63,467 bases of DNA, filler included, from Octopus bimaculoides (GCF_001194135.2; 6 parts of 5 records of this genome joined end to end with filler, not necessarily neighbours in it); one strand, 5' to 3'. Positions 1-13,644 are shown, counted from the whole stretch's first letter. Numbers and translations are program-made. Notes: generated from the sequence alone by a model not told the origin.

Positions 1-660
1 TATTTCCTGAAATTGCAAATTATTTAAAATATAAAAATATAATTTTCAACAGAGAGAATTTATCAAAATAGAAAACAAATGAAGTTTGAAGTTTAAAAAT
101 AATAGGATCGACCACTCACGACTAGCTAGCGCGGACGCGCGAACTTTCGAGTAATAGATAGATAGAGAGAGAGACAGACAGACAGACAAACAGACAGACA
201 TATAGCTCGCTCCGGCCAGTCATGGTATTAGCTGTCAGTAGCCAAAGAATCGACAGGCCAGCAACAGGCATACAGGCAGACAGACAGATACTTCACTAGC
301 AGTGAGCACTTTCACTTCTGACAGCTAATAGCATGACAGTGCCTCATAATCTACACAATCTGAAGCGAGTTTGTGGAAAATTTCATTTTAAAATATCCAA
401 TTTCCTGAAAGCTACGAGGAAACAAAATCGGTGGGGCACATTTATCTATGTATGCCTACACACAATCAAACACGCACACACACATCTGAGTATGTGTGTC
501 TATTTCAGTCGGTATGTGTGTACAAAAAATTACATATCTGTTTTCTATTCTCGTACTCACTTAACTAACAAATTATCTAAAACACATTTTAATCGTTAAA
601 AAAGCATACGAAAAATTGAACAAACAATTATATAAATAGAAATACATAGAATATAATAAT

Positions 661-676
661 ATTATATCAGGTAAGT
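661..676 (+). other. Probable splice donor of a non-coding first exon of NDC80 (CAG|gtaagt at 670/671)
   Basis: Perfect donor consensus upstream of an exon (3179) that has an acceptor but also the start codon, so an upstream UTR exon is required. Confidence 0.55.
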
Positions 677-3217
677 ATTATTGTTGATTTTGTAGAATGC
701 GAAACTAAATTCCAACGGTTAGGCGCACAAATTCAAATGATCAGATTTTACCATTTCACGCGTAGAACTTATTGCTGTTGGTAATGACAATTTTATATTT
801 ATATATTTGGATTTATATTTATGTGATTATGTGTTCGTGATTTTAATGTTTGATGAGACCATGCTATAAAGGAAATTTAAGACAAGTTTTGTATGTAATT
901 GTAGACCGTATAGTGCTATTTGAAGTTATTTCTGTCAGTGACTCGAACGTACTTTTCTTCTTTGCCAAAACAAATCTCTTTAAATACACAACGTATACAC
1001 ACACTCTCACACACATAATGTCTATAGATATACATTATATATATATATATACTCTTTTACTCTACTCTTTTACTTGTTTCAGTCATTTGACTGTGGCCAT
1101 GCTGGAGCACCGCCTTTAGTCGAGCAAATCGACCCCAGGACTTATTCGTTGTAAGCCTAGTACTTATTCTATCAGTCTCTTTTTGCCGAACCGCTAAGTT
1201 ACGGGGATGTAAACACACCAGCATCGGTTGTCAAGCGATGTTGGGGGGGGGGACAAACACAGACACACAAACATACACACATATACATATATATATATAT
1301 ATATANNNNNNNNNNNNNNNNNNNNNNNNNNNNNNNNNNNNNNNNNNNNNNNNNNNNNNNNNNNNNNNNNNNNNNNNNNNNNNNNNNNNNNNNNNNNNNN
1401 NNNNNNNNNNNNNNNNNNNNNNNNNNNNNNNNNNNNNNNNNNNNNNNNNNNNNNNNNNNNNNNNNNNNNNNNNNNNNNNNNNNNNNNNNNNNNNNNNNNN
1501 NNNNNNNNNNNNNNNNNNNNNNNNNNNNNNNNNNNNNNNNNNNNNNNNNNNNNNNNNNNNNNNNNNNNNNNNNNNNNNNNNNNNNNNNNNNNNNNNNNNN
1601 NNNNNNNNNNNNNNNNNNNNNNNNNNNNNNNNNNNNNNNNNNNNNNNNNNNNNNNNNNNNNNNNNNNNNNNNNNNNNNNNNNNNNNNNNNNNNNNNNNNN
1701 NNNNNNNNNNNNNNNNNNNNNNNNNNNNNNNNNNNNNNNNNNNNNNNNNNNNNNNNNNNNNNNNNNNNNNNNNNNNNNNNNNNNNNNNNNNNNNNNNNNN
1801 NNNNNNNNNNNNNNNNNNNNNNNNNNNNNNNNNNNNNNNNNNNNNNNNNNNNNNNNNNNNNNNNNNNNNNNNNNNNNNNNNNNNNNNNNNNNNNNNNNNN
1901 NNNNNNNNNNNNNNNNNNNNNNNNNNNNNNNNNNNNNNNNNNNNNNNNNNNNNNNNNNNNNNNNNNNNNNNNNNNNNNNNNNNNNNNNNNNNNNNNNNNN
2001 NNNNNNNNNNNNNNNNNNNNNNNNNNNNNNNNNNNNNNNNNNNNNNNNNNNNNNNNNNNNNNNNNNNNNNNNNNNNNNNNNNNNNNNNNNNNNNNNNNNN
2101 NNNNNNNNNNNNNNNNNNNNNNNNNNNNNNNNNNNNNNNNNNNNNNNNNNNNNNNNNNNNNNNNNNNNNNNNNNNNNNNNNNNNNNNNNNNNNNNNNNNN
2201 NNNNNNNNNNNNNNNNNNNNNNNNNNNNNNNNNNNNNNNNNNNNNNNNNNNNNNNNNNNNNNNNNNNNNNGAAAATGAATATTTTTTCGTGAAAGTTTTT
2301 ACAAATATACCTTGATGTATGTACATTTCGAGCATGTAGGAATTTTGAAGGAAACAACTGCAGGTTATTTTTGAGAAGCGTTCCCCACTCGGTGGTGTTT
2401 CGGAGCAAGTCGTCCATATTTGTTTCATTTTTCTCTATTATGTGCGTATGTGCATCCGTAGATTTCTAATGAAGTAATAAGCCGTCATAAGAAAACTTAT
2501 GTTAAAAATAATATGCACACAATTTTTTTTTTTTCTCAATAGAAGTAAATTCCAAAGTAAACGTTTCTAGTAGAGAAGTAGAAGAGAACAAATCTTATGC
2601 TAGTGAAAACTCTTTGGGCAACCTCCACTTGTGCTGGTACCATGATAAAATGCACCCAAATCATCACCATCATCAACATTTAACACCCATTTTCCATGAT
2701 GGCATGGGATGGACTGTTCAACAGGCACTGGGGGGAGGAGGCAGGGGACTGTGCAAAGCCACATCTGCTGTAAAAAACTGTAACAAATATTCCTTTCTAT
2801 CATCTACCATTCGCCTTCCATGCTGGCATGGGTTGGATGGTTTGACAGAAGCCGACCAGGTAAAAGACTATACCAGGCTACTGAGACTGTTTTGGCTTGG
2901 TTTTTACAGCCGGATACCCTTCCTAACACTGACCACCTTGCAGAGTAGACAGTGCTTTTTACATGGCACCAGCACAAACGAGGCCAGTTTTGACATGGTT
3001 TTTTACAGCTGGATGCCCTTCCAAATGCCTACCACTTCACAGTGTGAACTGGATGCTTTTTATGACACCAGCACCAGCAAGTAACTTGCAAGACAAAGGA
3101 GTTTTTGAGAGGGGTGGGGGCATTGGGAGAGGAGATCTTGATGTAAGGTTTGATCATGCTTCTAAATTCTTTTTTCAGATTTGAAAGAAATAAAGTGAGA
3201 AGGAAAGAAATCCAAGA

Positions 3218-3414
3218 ATGTGGCGCCAGAGCACTTCTCAAGGTCATAAATCGGCAGCTCCTGCCCGTGTTTCCAAGACTTCACTGAGTAAACCATCTGC
3301 ATCAAGATTGCCATCTATGGACCGCTTGTCTTCTGGGACCTACTCCCATAACAGTACTCGCTTTTCCTTACTGGGTCGTATGTCCTTCGGTAAATTTTCA
3401 ACTGGCGGCAAAAG
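3218..3414 (+). CDS. NDC80: NDC80 coding exon 1 (N-terminal basic tail); exon starts at acceptor 3179
   Basis: ttttcag|AT at 3178/3179; ATG 3218; MWRQSTSQ...STGGK; donor AG|gtgagc at 3414; phase 2 completes AGA with the next exon. Confidence 0.9.
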
Positions 3415-6400
3415 GTGAGCAAAAATGTTTTGTGCATGTTTTCAAACCCCTTTTCATACCAACCTGACTGAAACATCATCATCGTTTAATGTCCGCTTTC
3501 CATGCTAGCATGGGTTGGACGATTTGACTGAGGACTGGTGAAACCAGATGGCTACACCAGGCTCCAATCTGATTTGGCAGAGTTTCTACAGCTGGATGCC
3601 CTTCCTAACGCCAACCACTCAGAGAGTGTAGTGGGTGCTTTTACGTGTCACCCGCACAAAGGCCAGTCAGGCGGTACAGGCAACGGCCACGCTAAAAATG
3701 GTGTATTTTATGTGCCACCCGCACAAGAGCCAGTCCAGGGGCACTGGCAACAATCTCGCTCAAAAATCCTATGAAGGCCAGTCAGGCGGTACTGGCAACG
3801 GCCCTCAGTTTTAACATACAAAAATAAGCCGATTAAGAATCCTTTAGATTAGGGTCCAGAAAAATGGGGATGTGGTTCTGAAATAGGCTGCTGATGGATT
3901 CTGTGCGGGCCTCAGACTTTTTCTAAAAATTTTTTGAATTTCAATATATTTATGTGTCATTAAGTATTTTACATAATTTAGATACTCTTTTGTGCCACAA
4001 TTACTTTAATTTTTGATTACATAAGCATTGACAGAGAGAAAAATGGAGAAATTCTGATATAATATGCATGTGGGCTATGCTATGATGGAAATTGAGCTGT
4101 TACAAAAAGAAGTTGCTGGTCCCTGTTTTACATGCTAGAAACAGCAGCTAAACTCCATCATGCCTCAACCTGTTGTCATCCTCATCATTGTTAAACATCC
4201 ACTTTTCTATGAACACATCATCATCGTTTAACGTCCGCTTTCCATGCTAGCATGGGTTGGACGATTTGACTGAGGACTGGTGGACCAGGAGGTGACACCA
4301 GGCTTCAATCTGATTTGGTAGAGTTTCTACAGCTGGATGCCCTTCCTAACGGATGTAATTTGTTGAGAAAGATTCTCTATGGTCAAATGCCCTTCCTGTT
4401 GCCAACCCTTACCGGGTTCCAAGTAAGATAATGTTTCTCTATGGCCAGACATGTTTTCATGGAAGATCAGGAGTAAAGGACACCACCTGCATGACAGTGA
4501 CAATCACTTACAACTATCATGGGATATCAAGGCAAGGAAGCAGTAACACAAACACATATGCATGCATACATACATACATACATAAATTAAGGTGACGAGC
4601 TGGCAGAAACGTTAGCACACCGGGCGATATGCTTAGCGGTATTTCATCTGCCGCTACGTTCTGAGTTCAAATTCCGCCAAGGTCGACTTTGCCTTTCATC
4701 CTTTCGGGGTCGATTAAATAGGTACCAGTTACGCACTCGTGTCGATATAATCGACTTAATCCGTTTGTCTATCCTTGTTTATCCCGTCTGTGTATAGCCC
4801 CTTGTGGGTAGTAAAGAAATAATACATACATACATACATTTATTTAGAGGATATGTTAACCTCATAAAGGGTTGGTGACATCCAAGGGAATATTGGTTTG
4901 GCACCTAGTATTATTGGGGAATAATAATTTATTAATAATAAATAATTATTAACTTTCAACTTTCTTTTCTCCATTTAACTGGATATGAACTATACGCTTT
5001 ATTGTTGTGTCTGGGGAGAGTCATTTTCTTTTGGTGTGTTATAATTTAACACACTCACCGGTAAAATTTCCACTTAATTCTTTTTTTTTATTTTTGATTA
5101 TATTTATATATAAAAAATGTATATATAAACACTCCTGAATACCCTTTCGTCTTTTGATGGACTGATCACCAGCAAGTTGAGACAACAAAAAAAAAAATCA
5201 GTGCTTTAAATCAGTCTATGCCTTACTACTGTCCCAAACACAATTTGTGGTCTTCAATCACCGTCATCATCGTTTAATGTCCATTGTCCATGCTGGCATG
5301 GGTTGGATGGTTTGACCAGAGCTGGGCAAGCTGGGGAGCTGCACCAGGCTCCAGTCTGATTTGGCATGGTTTCTACAGCTGGATGCCCTTCCTAGCACCA
5401 ACCACTTTACAAAGTGTGCTGGGTGCTTTTGTGTGTTGCCATATTGTTAGAAATCATTAATTTCCCTAAATAAAACATTTTTTTAAATTCAATTTTAAAT
5501 TAGAATGTCATATGGCGTTCAGCGTGGAAGAATGGAACTTCGAGATCCCAGACCTATAACCTCGAAAGCCTACCAGCAACGATGTGTGAAGTCTCTTCTG
5601 GAGGTAAGTATTTTGTCTGTAAGTGTGTGTCTGATATATATATGTGGAGGCACAATGGCCCAGTGGTTAGGGCAGCGGACTTGCGGTCATAGGATCGCGG
5701 TTTCGATTCCCAGACCGGGCGTTGTGAGTGTTTATTGAGCGAAAACACTTAAAAGCTCCACGAGGCTCCGGCAGGGGATGGTGGCGAACCCTGCTGTACT
5801 CATTCACCACAACTTTCTCTCACTCTTACTTCCTGTTTCTGTTGTGCCTGTAATTCAAAGGGTCAGCCTTGTCACACACTGTGTCACGCTGAATATCCCC
5901 GAGAACTACGTTAAGGGTACACGTGTCTGTGGAGTGCTCAGCCACTTGCACGTTAATTTCACGAGCAGGCTGTTCTGTTGATCGGATCGACTGGAATCCT
6001 CGACGTCGTAAGCAACGGAGTGCCAACAACAACATTTATACACACAAACTCATTTCTAAATTTTCAAGTTATTGTTTGTAACTACATTGCCAGTTCAGTG
6101 CATGAAAGATTACGTTTTATTTTTCTTCTCTCTTTTCTTTTTTGTACGTCTAGTTCCTTGAATCTTATGGCTATCCGCACAGTATCACAGCAAAGACATT
6201 AATGTCTCCAACAACAAAAGACTTTCTGAAGATTTTTGAGGTGAGCTCCCAATGAGGTTCTTAATTCTTCTACTTCTTTTATTTCTTCTCAATTATTTTA
6301 AGATATTACAGTGAAATTGAATCCACAGCCTTCTGAACGTAATGTTCGCTTGAAAAAAAAGCAACTTAGCACCACAAGTTAATAATGAATTAATGTGTAC

Positions 6401-9400
6401 ACATGCACACTCACACACATACACACACACACTTACCATGTGCCATATAGAATTAACATGTGTATATAGATTTAACATATGCAGTGTAGAATTAATGTGT
6501 GTATATAGATTTAACATACATAGTGTAGAATTAATGTGTATATATAGATTTAATATATGCCATATAGTATTAATGTGTGTATATAGATTTAACATATGCT
6601 GTATAGAATTAACGTGTGTATATAGATTTAACATATGCTGTATAGAATTAATGTGTGTATATAGATTTAACATATGCAGTGTAGAATTAATGTGTATATA
6701 TCTATATTTAACATATGACAAATAGAATTAACGTGTGTATATAGATTTAACATATGCAGTGTAGAATTAATGTGTGTATATAAATTTAGCATATGTAGTG
6801 TAGAATTAACATGTGTATATAGATTTAACATATGCTGTTTAGAATTAACGTGTATATAGATTTAACATATACAGTGCAGAATTATTGTGTGTATATGGGT
6901 TTAATAAATGATTTGAGTTCAGTTTCTGTGACTTGACTTTTTCCTACACANNNNNNNNNNNNNNNNNNNNNNNNNNNNNNNNNNNNNNNNNNNNNNNNNN
7001 NNNNNNNNNNNNNNNNNNNNNNNNNNNNNNNNNNNNNNNNNNNNNNNNNNNNNNNNNNNNNNNNNNNNNNNNNNNNNNNNNNNNNNNNNNNNNNNNNNNG
7101 TGTATATAGATTTAACATATACAGTGTAGAATTGTGTGTATATAGATTTAGCATATGTAGTGTAGAATTAACATGTGTATATAGATTTAACATATGCTGT
7201 ATAGAATTAACGTGTGTATATAGATTTAACATATACAGTGTAGAATTAATGTGTGTATATAGATTTAGCATATGTAGTGTAGAATTAACATGTGTATATA
7301 GATTTAACATATGATGTATAGAATTAACGTGTGTATATAGATTTAACATATGCAGTGTAGAATTATTGTGTGTATATGGGTTTAATAAATGATTTGAGTT
7401 CAGTTTCTGTGATTTGACTTTTTTTTCTTGTTTAGTTTATTGTGAAACACATCGAATTCAAATATAAGCTTCCAGAGAAATTCGATGAAGAAGTCCCCCG
7501 CTACTTCCGTTCTCTCGGCTATCCTTTCCTCATCAGCAAGAGTTCGATGTTTGCAATTGGCAGTCCTCACACCTGGCCGACCCTTTTATCTGCCCTTGTC
7601 TGGTTAACAGAACTTATCAAGGTTTGATCCAGTTTTTCCATTTTGCTACAACTTATTTTTTTTAATTCATATTTGTATAGGATTGGAGCCTGGTGTAGCC
7701 GTCCGGTTCACCAGTCCTCAGTCAAATCGTCCAACCCATGCTAGCATGGAAAGTGGACGTTAAACGATGATGATGATGATGATGATTCTTATACTCTCTC
7801 TCTGTTTTGTCTCTTCCTTTCATTTCTTTCTTGTGTCTCTTTCTACAGACTGGTTTGCTGTTGAATGAAGAAACCGATAGCATCATCTTTCAACAAGAAG
7901 ATTTTGATAACTCATCTGATACTATGGTTTGTATATTTTCTTTATATGTTTTACTCGTTTCAATCATTGGACTGCAGCCATGCTGGGACACCTTGATGGG
8001 TTCCGGTCAAACAAATTGACCCCCCACCACCACCAGTACTTATTAAATCCGGTACTTACTTTATCAGTCTCGTTTGTCAAAGCACTACATTATGGGGATG
8101 TAAACAAACCAGCACCACTTGTCGAATGGTGGTAGGAGCAAACATAAACACACACACACACACACATCTGACAGGCTTCTACACAGTTTCTCTCAACCAA
8201 ATTCTCTCGCAAAGCATAGGTCAACCTGAGGCTATAGTAGAAGACAATTGCCCAAGGTGCCACGCAGTGGGACTGAACCCAAAGCCATATGGTAGCAAAG
8301 CAAGCTTCTTAACCACATTTAATTTATTCATATTGGTTCCCCACACCTGTCATTGGTTTATTAATTGTGTGTAATGATAAGTTGTTAATTATCTTTAGAT
8401 AAAATTCTTAAAATAATTCTAATCTGCACTACATTTCAATTGATTTCATCTCGCCATGTTATCAGGTGTCTTATTCTTGGAATAAAGGTCTCTCGTTTGT
8501 GTTCCTTTTGATCTCCAATCTTCGTTATTTTCTTTTACGTGTTTCAGTCAATTAGATGGTGGTCATGCTGGAGCACTGCCTTGAAGCATTTCAGTCAAGC
8601 GAATCGACTCCAGTGTTTTTTTTTAAAGCATGGCACTCATTTGCCAAACCACTAAGTTACAGGGATGTACACACCAACACTGGTTAACAAGTGGTGATGG
8701 AGGACAAACACAGACACAAAGACATGCACACATAAATATATATACCCAGGGTATGCTTAGCAGCATTTTGTCTGTCTTTGCATTCTGAGGCCATGATTTC
8801 CTCAGCGATCTCTCCCTCTCTAAATCATCATCATCATCGTTTAACGTCTGTTTTCCATGCTAGCATGGGTTGGATGATTTGACTGAGGACTGGTGAAACC
8901 AGATGGCTACACCAGGCTCCAATCTGATTTGGCAGAGTTTCTACAGCTGGATGCCCTTCCTAACGCCAACCACTCCGAGAGAGTAGTGGATGCTTTTACA
9001 AAGGCCAGTCAGGTGGTACTGGCAACGGCCACACTCAATATGGAGTATTTTATGTTCCACCCGCACAAGAGCCAGTCCAGGGGCACTGGCAACGATCTCG
9101 CTAAATACTCTCACCTTGTTTTATAACTTGTGTCTTTCTCATTTTTGTCATGATTTCCTCCAGCAATAAAGTCTCTCAAGTCTCTCTCTTTCTCTCTCTG
9201 TCTTCCTCACTAGTGTCTTCTGCTATTTTTATTTCTTGAGGTGAAGTTGGCCATTTATTTGACCACTTCCAGCTATAGATTTGCCAGAGCACCAGCTGTC
9301 TGGCTTCCGTGCCAGTGGCATGTTTAATAGCACCATTTGAGCATGACCGTTACCAACGTCGCCTTCCTGGCACTTGTGCCAGTGGCACGNNNNNNNNNNN

Positions 9401-12400
9401 NNNNNNNNNNNNNNNNNNNNNNNNNNNNNNNNNNNNNNNNNNNNNNNNNNNNNNNNNGCACGTGAAAAGACATTCGAGCGAGTTCGTTGCCAGTACTGCT
9501 GGACTGGCCCCTGTGCAGGTGGCACATAAAATACACCATTTTGAGCGTGGCTGTTGCCAGTACCACCTGACTGGCCTTCGTGCCGGTGGCATGTAAAAGC
9601 ACCCACTACACTCGGAGTAGTTGGCGTTAGGAAGGGCATCCAGCTGTAGAAACTCTGCCAAATCAGATTGGAGCCTGGTGTAGCCATCTGGTTTCACCAG
9701 TCCTCAGTCAAATCATCCAACCCATGCTAGCATGGAAAGCAGACGTTAAATGATGATGATGATGATGAAAGAACCCTTCACACATGGTTTTCCAAACTTC
9801 CACATTGCTTGCTCTGCTGCTTACACTATTACATCACACAAAATGACCAGCTAAGCTAAGAAATTTCTCAAGTCTTAATCGCTCATCATTCATTCATCTA
9901 ACTTGTAATAGTAACATGCTGTGGCATTGTGTCGTGCTTGAGAAGAAGATTCATCAAGCCAAGTAAAATCACAGTCGTCACAGCCGTGCCAGTGGCATGT
10001 AAAAGCACCCATTACACACTCAGATTGGTTGGCATTAGGGAGGGCATCCAGCCGTAGAAATCGTGACAAATCAAACTGGAACCTGGTGCAGCCTTCCAGC
10101 TTGCCAACCCTGGTCAAGCCATCCAACCCTTGCCAGCATGGACAATGGAGGCTAAGTGATGACGATGTCGACTTTGCTTTTCATCCCTTTGGGGGGAGGG
10201 GGGGGGTCAACGAAATACCAAGATCAATAAAGTACCAGTCAGGTACTGGGGTTCACATAATTGACTTCCTCCCTCACCCTCAAAAACTGCTGGCCTTGTA
10301 TCAAAACCTGAAATTATTATTATTATTATTATTACGATGTTTAGTTTTGTACAAAAACTTTTTCCTTGTTCTTTTTTTCAGCTGATATTTAAACACTTTG
10401 TTGATTCCTACAATCTTTTCCTGAAAGGATCAGATTTTGATGCTCTGGACCAGATGCTCCATGATACCTTCAGTAAGTATCATATTTCGAACTATTTTTG
10501 TCTTCCAGCATGTCTTTGTTGATCAAGTTTCTTATATATGTTGCCTGTTTTCGCTTTAACAATGATCATTTTAAGTCCATTTCTCTATGCTTGCATGGGG
10601 CAGATAGAAGTTGTTGAGGCAGATTTTTATGGCTGGATGTCCTCTCTGTGACCAACCCTCAACAGTTTGCAGATAAAGTAATATTTCCCCATTATCAGAC
10701 ATGTTTTATGAAACCAGTTGATTGTTGTAATTAAAAGTTTCCTTTCTGAATTTACAGAAAACAAATACTTTACAAATGAAAGTCAACTTCAGAAACTGGC
10801 ACAGGAGAGCGAAATTTTGCGTAAGAAGCTACAGGAATGTGAATGTATTGAGGTGAGTCAAACAAACATTCTGCTCCTTTTTAACAGCTTCCATCCTTTC
10901 TCCGTCAGTCTCAGAGATCTTGTAAGATGAACCCTCATGGGTATGACCCATGCTAGTGGAGGCGCAATGGCCCAGTGGTTAGGGCAGCGGACTCGCGGTC
11001 ATAGGATCGAGGTTTCGATTCCCAGACCGGGCGTTGTGAGTGTTTATTGAGCGAAAACACCTAAAGCTCCACGAGGCTCCGGCAGGGGATGGTGGTGAAA
11101 CCCTGCTGTACTCTTCCACCACAACTTTCTCTCACTCTTACTTCCTGTTTCTGTTGTGCCTGTAATTCAAAGGGTCAGCCTTGTCACACTGTGTCACGCT
11201 GAATATCCCCGAGAACTACGTTAAGGGTACACGTGTCTGTGGAGTGCTCAGCCACTTGCACGTTAATTTCACGAGCAGGCTGTTCCGTTGATCGGATCAA
11301 CTGGAACCCTCGATGTCGTAAGCCGACGGAGTGCCAACATGACCCATGCCTGATTGATTAACTGTTAAAAAAATAAATTTTTTTTAAACAACCCACTGTG
11401 CTTGTCACCTACACTGTTTTTCATTAATGTAAAATAATAATAATAATAATAATCCTTTCTACTGAAGACACAAGGCCTGAAATATGGGGGAGGGGGACTA
11501 GTTGATTACATTGACCCCACTGTTTCATTGGTATTTAATTTATCAACCATGAAAGGATGAAAGGCATAGTCGACCTTGGCGGAATTTGAACTCAGAATGT
11601 AGCAATGGGTGAAATACCTCTAAGCATTTCATCAATGCTAACAATTCTGCCAGCTCACCACCTTAATAATAATACTACTAATAATAATGGTAAATGCCCT
11701 GATGCAGTACCAGGCTCTGGCTCTCATGGCTTTTGATCTTAACTGATTGAAAGTGTTATCATATACATGTTCTGTCTTGGTATAAAAGATGGGCTACAGC
11801 AAATATTCTGCTCAATACCACTGATTTGCTTGTTAGTTGCTTGACCGTAACTGGTTGAGCATGTCTCTTAGTGGCTGACAACATGTGCATCTCCAATCAC
11901 AAGCAGGTGTAGTTGGGGAGCATCATAGCCATGTATTGAGAGGAATTCTTTGGGGACAGTGTTTCATTCAACATCGTTAACCCTTATTCAGAGACCTTTT
12001 GAGCTGGATGGGCTACTCGACCTGAAGAAAATTCTAACTGGACCCCCACCTGCAAGGTCATGCGCTGGTTTATCTTGATATGAGATCACCATGTCATGCA
12101 CATATGGTTGTGATGCATGTGTCTGGTGTACCCTTATCAGATGGGTAGTCATGATGGATATATTGGCGAGCTGGCAGAAATGTTAGCACGCCGGACAAAA
12201 TGCTTAGCGGTATTTCGTCTGCCGTTACGTTCTGAGTTCAAATTCCGCCTAGGTCGACTTTGCCTTTCATCCTTTTGGGGGGGGTCGATAAATTAAGTAC
12301 CAGTTACGCACTGGGGTCTATGTAATCGACTTAATCTCTTTGTCTGTCTTTGTTTGTCCCCTCTATGTTTAGCCCCTTGTGGGCAATAAAGAAGTATGAT

Positions 12401-13590
12401 GGGTATATTGAGCTTCGTATATTTGTACCCCAGTGTCACTTTGATGGCATGCACTGCTCTCTCACTCAATAGTCATAATAAACCTTTCTTCTCCTTTTTA
12501 AAAGGACAATATGGAAGATATGCGAGAAAGTAAGACCATGCAAGAACAAGACCTCACTCGTTTGACTAATTATCTGACTGAACTGCACAGCTTTAAGGAG
12601 AAACTGGACAAAACTGTGGAAGAGGAAATGAAAGATTCAGAATTACTCGGTAAGATAGTATCAAATGGTACCACTTGTTTTTAATGTCCGTATGTCGATC
12701 TTTAACTGCGGAGGGACCCTGTGGAAGAGGTAGACCCAAGAAGACATGGGATGAGGTGGTGAAATATGATCTTCAGATGTTGAGTCTCACAGAGGCAATG
12801 ACAAGTGACGGACGCCTTTGGTAATTTGCAGTGCTTGAGAAGACCTGTCAACCTAAGTGAAATTAATGTCATGGCCAGAGCTGGTGACATGTGAAAAAAA
12901 AAGGCACCCACTATACTCTCAGAGTAGTTGGCGTTAGGAAGGGCATCAAGCCATAGAAACCAGGCCAAATGAGACTGGAGCCTGGTACAGCTTTCTGGTT
13001 AACCAGTCCCAGTTAAACCAACCCTAACCCTAACCCTAACCCTAACCCTAACCCATGCCAGCATGGAAAACAGATTCTGAATGATGATGATGATGATGTC
13101 TTAGATGATGAGTTGTTAATAGTATTATCATCTATTAACAACTCATCATGTCTTAGGGCTGCATTGATCTTCAATGTTTCTAATGGCTGGATGCTCTTCC
13201 TATCACCAACCACTTTACAGAATGTACTGGATGCTCTTTTTTCATGGCTCCAATATGTTTATAAATTTTCAGATCATTAACTTCATCGTTAGAGATTAAA
13301 AAAGAAAGAAGTTTTTCACAGGCCTGGCTGCATGTTTAACAAGTTCATGCCCTAACCACATGGAGCTTTAGGTGTTTTCGCTCAATAAACACTCACAACG
13401 CCCGGTCTGGGAATCGAAACCGCGATCCTATGACCGCAAGTCCGCTGCCCTAACCACTGGGCCATTGCGCCTCCACGGTTTGAGCATAAAACAGAATATT
13501 TCGGCCAGATATGATATGACTGCTTTGAATGATAAAGAGTTAATGGTTAATCCAGCACTGTATCCCCCACACACAAACTGACAATCTCCT

Positions 13591-13644
<54 letters not shown>

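Noticed and set aside
1194-2428. Long ORFs of 140-410 aa here and at 15097-15685, 33930-34586, 43187-43794 and 44175-45033
   Set aside because: They are made of X residues read through N gaps.
5643-5715. tRNA-like heads of S1, S2 and S3 as tRNA genes
   Set aside because: Each continues into a SINE body and tail and lacks a complete cloverleaf acceptor stem.
6293-7349. ORFs with [11 protein letters not shown] / CVYRFNIC repeats and a CRISPR-like regular look
   Set aside because: These are translations of a 39-bp (multiple of 3) minisatellite. Units are contiguous with no unique spacers, the array is intronic and there are no cas genes.
6880-7425. Duplication of the array end plus flank (6880-6949 versus 7360-7425)
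   Set aside because: The two versions straddle an N gap and are probably overlapping haplotypes or contig ends, not a real duplication.
11990-12060. CTGAAGA in family D as a hammerhead core
   Set aside because: No stem II followed by GAAA can be formed downstream.
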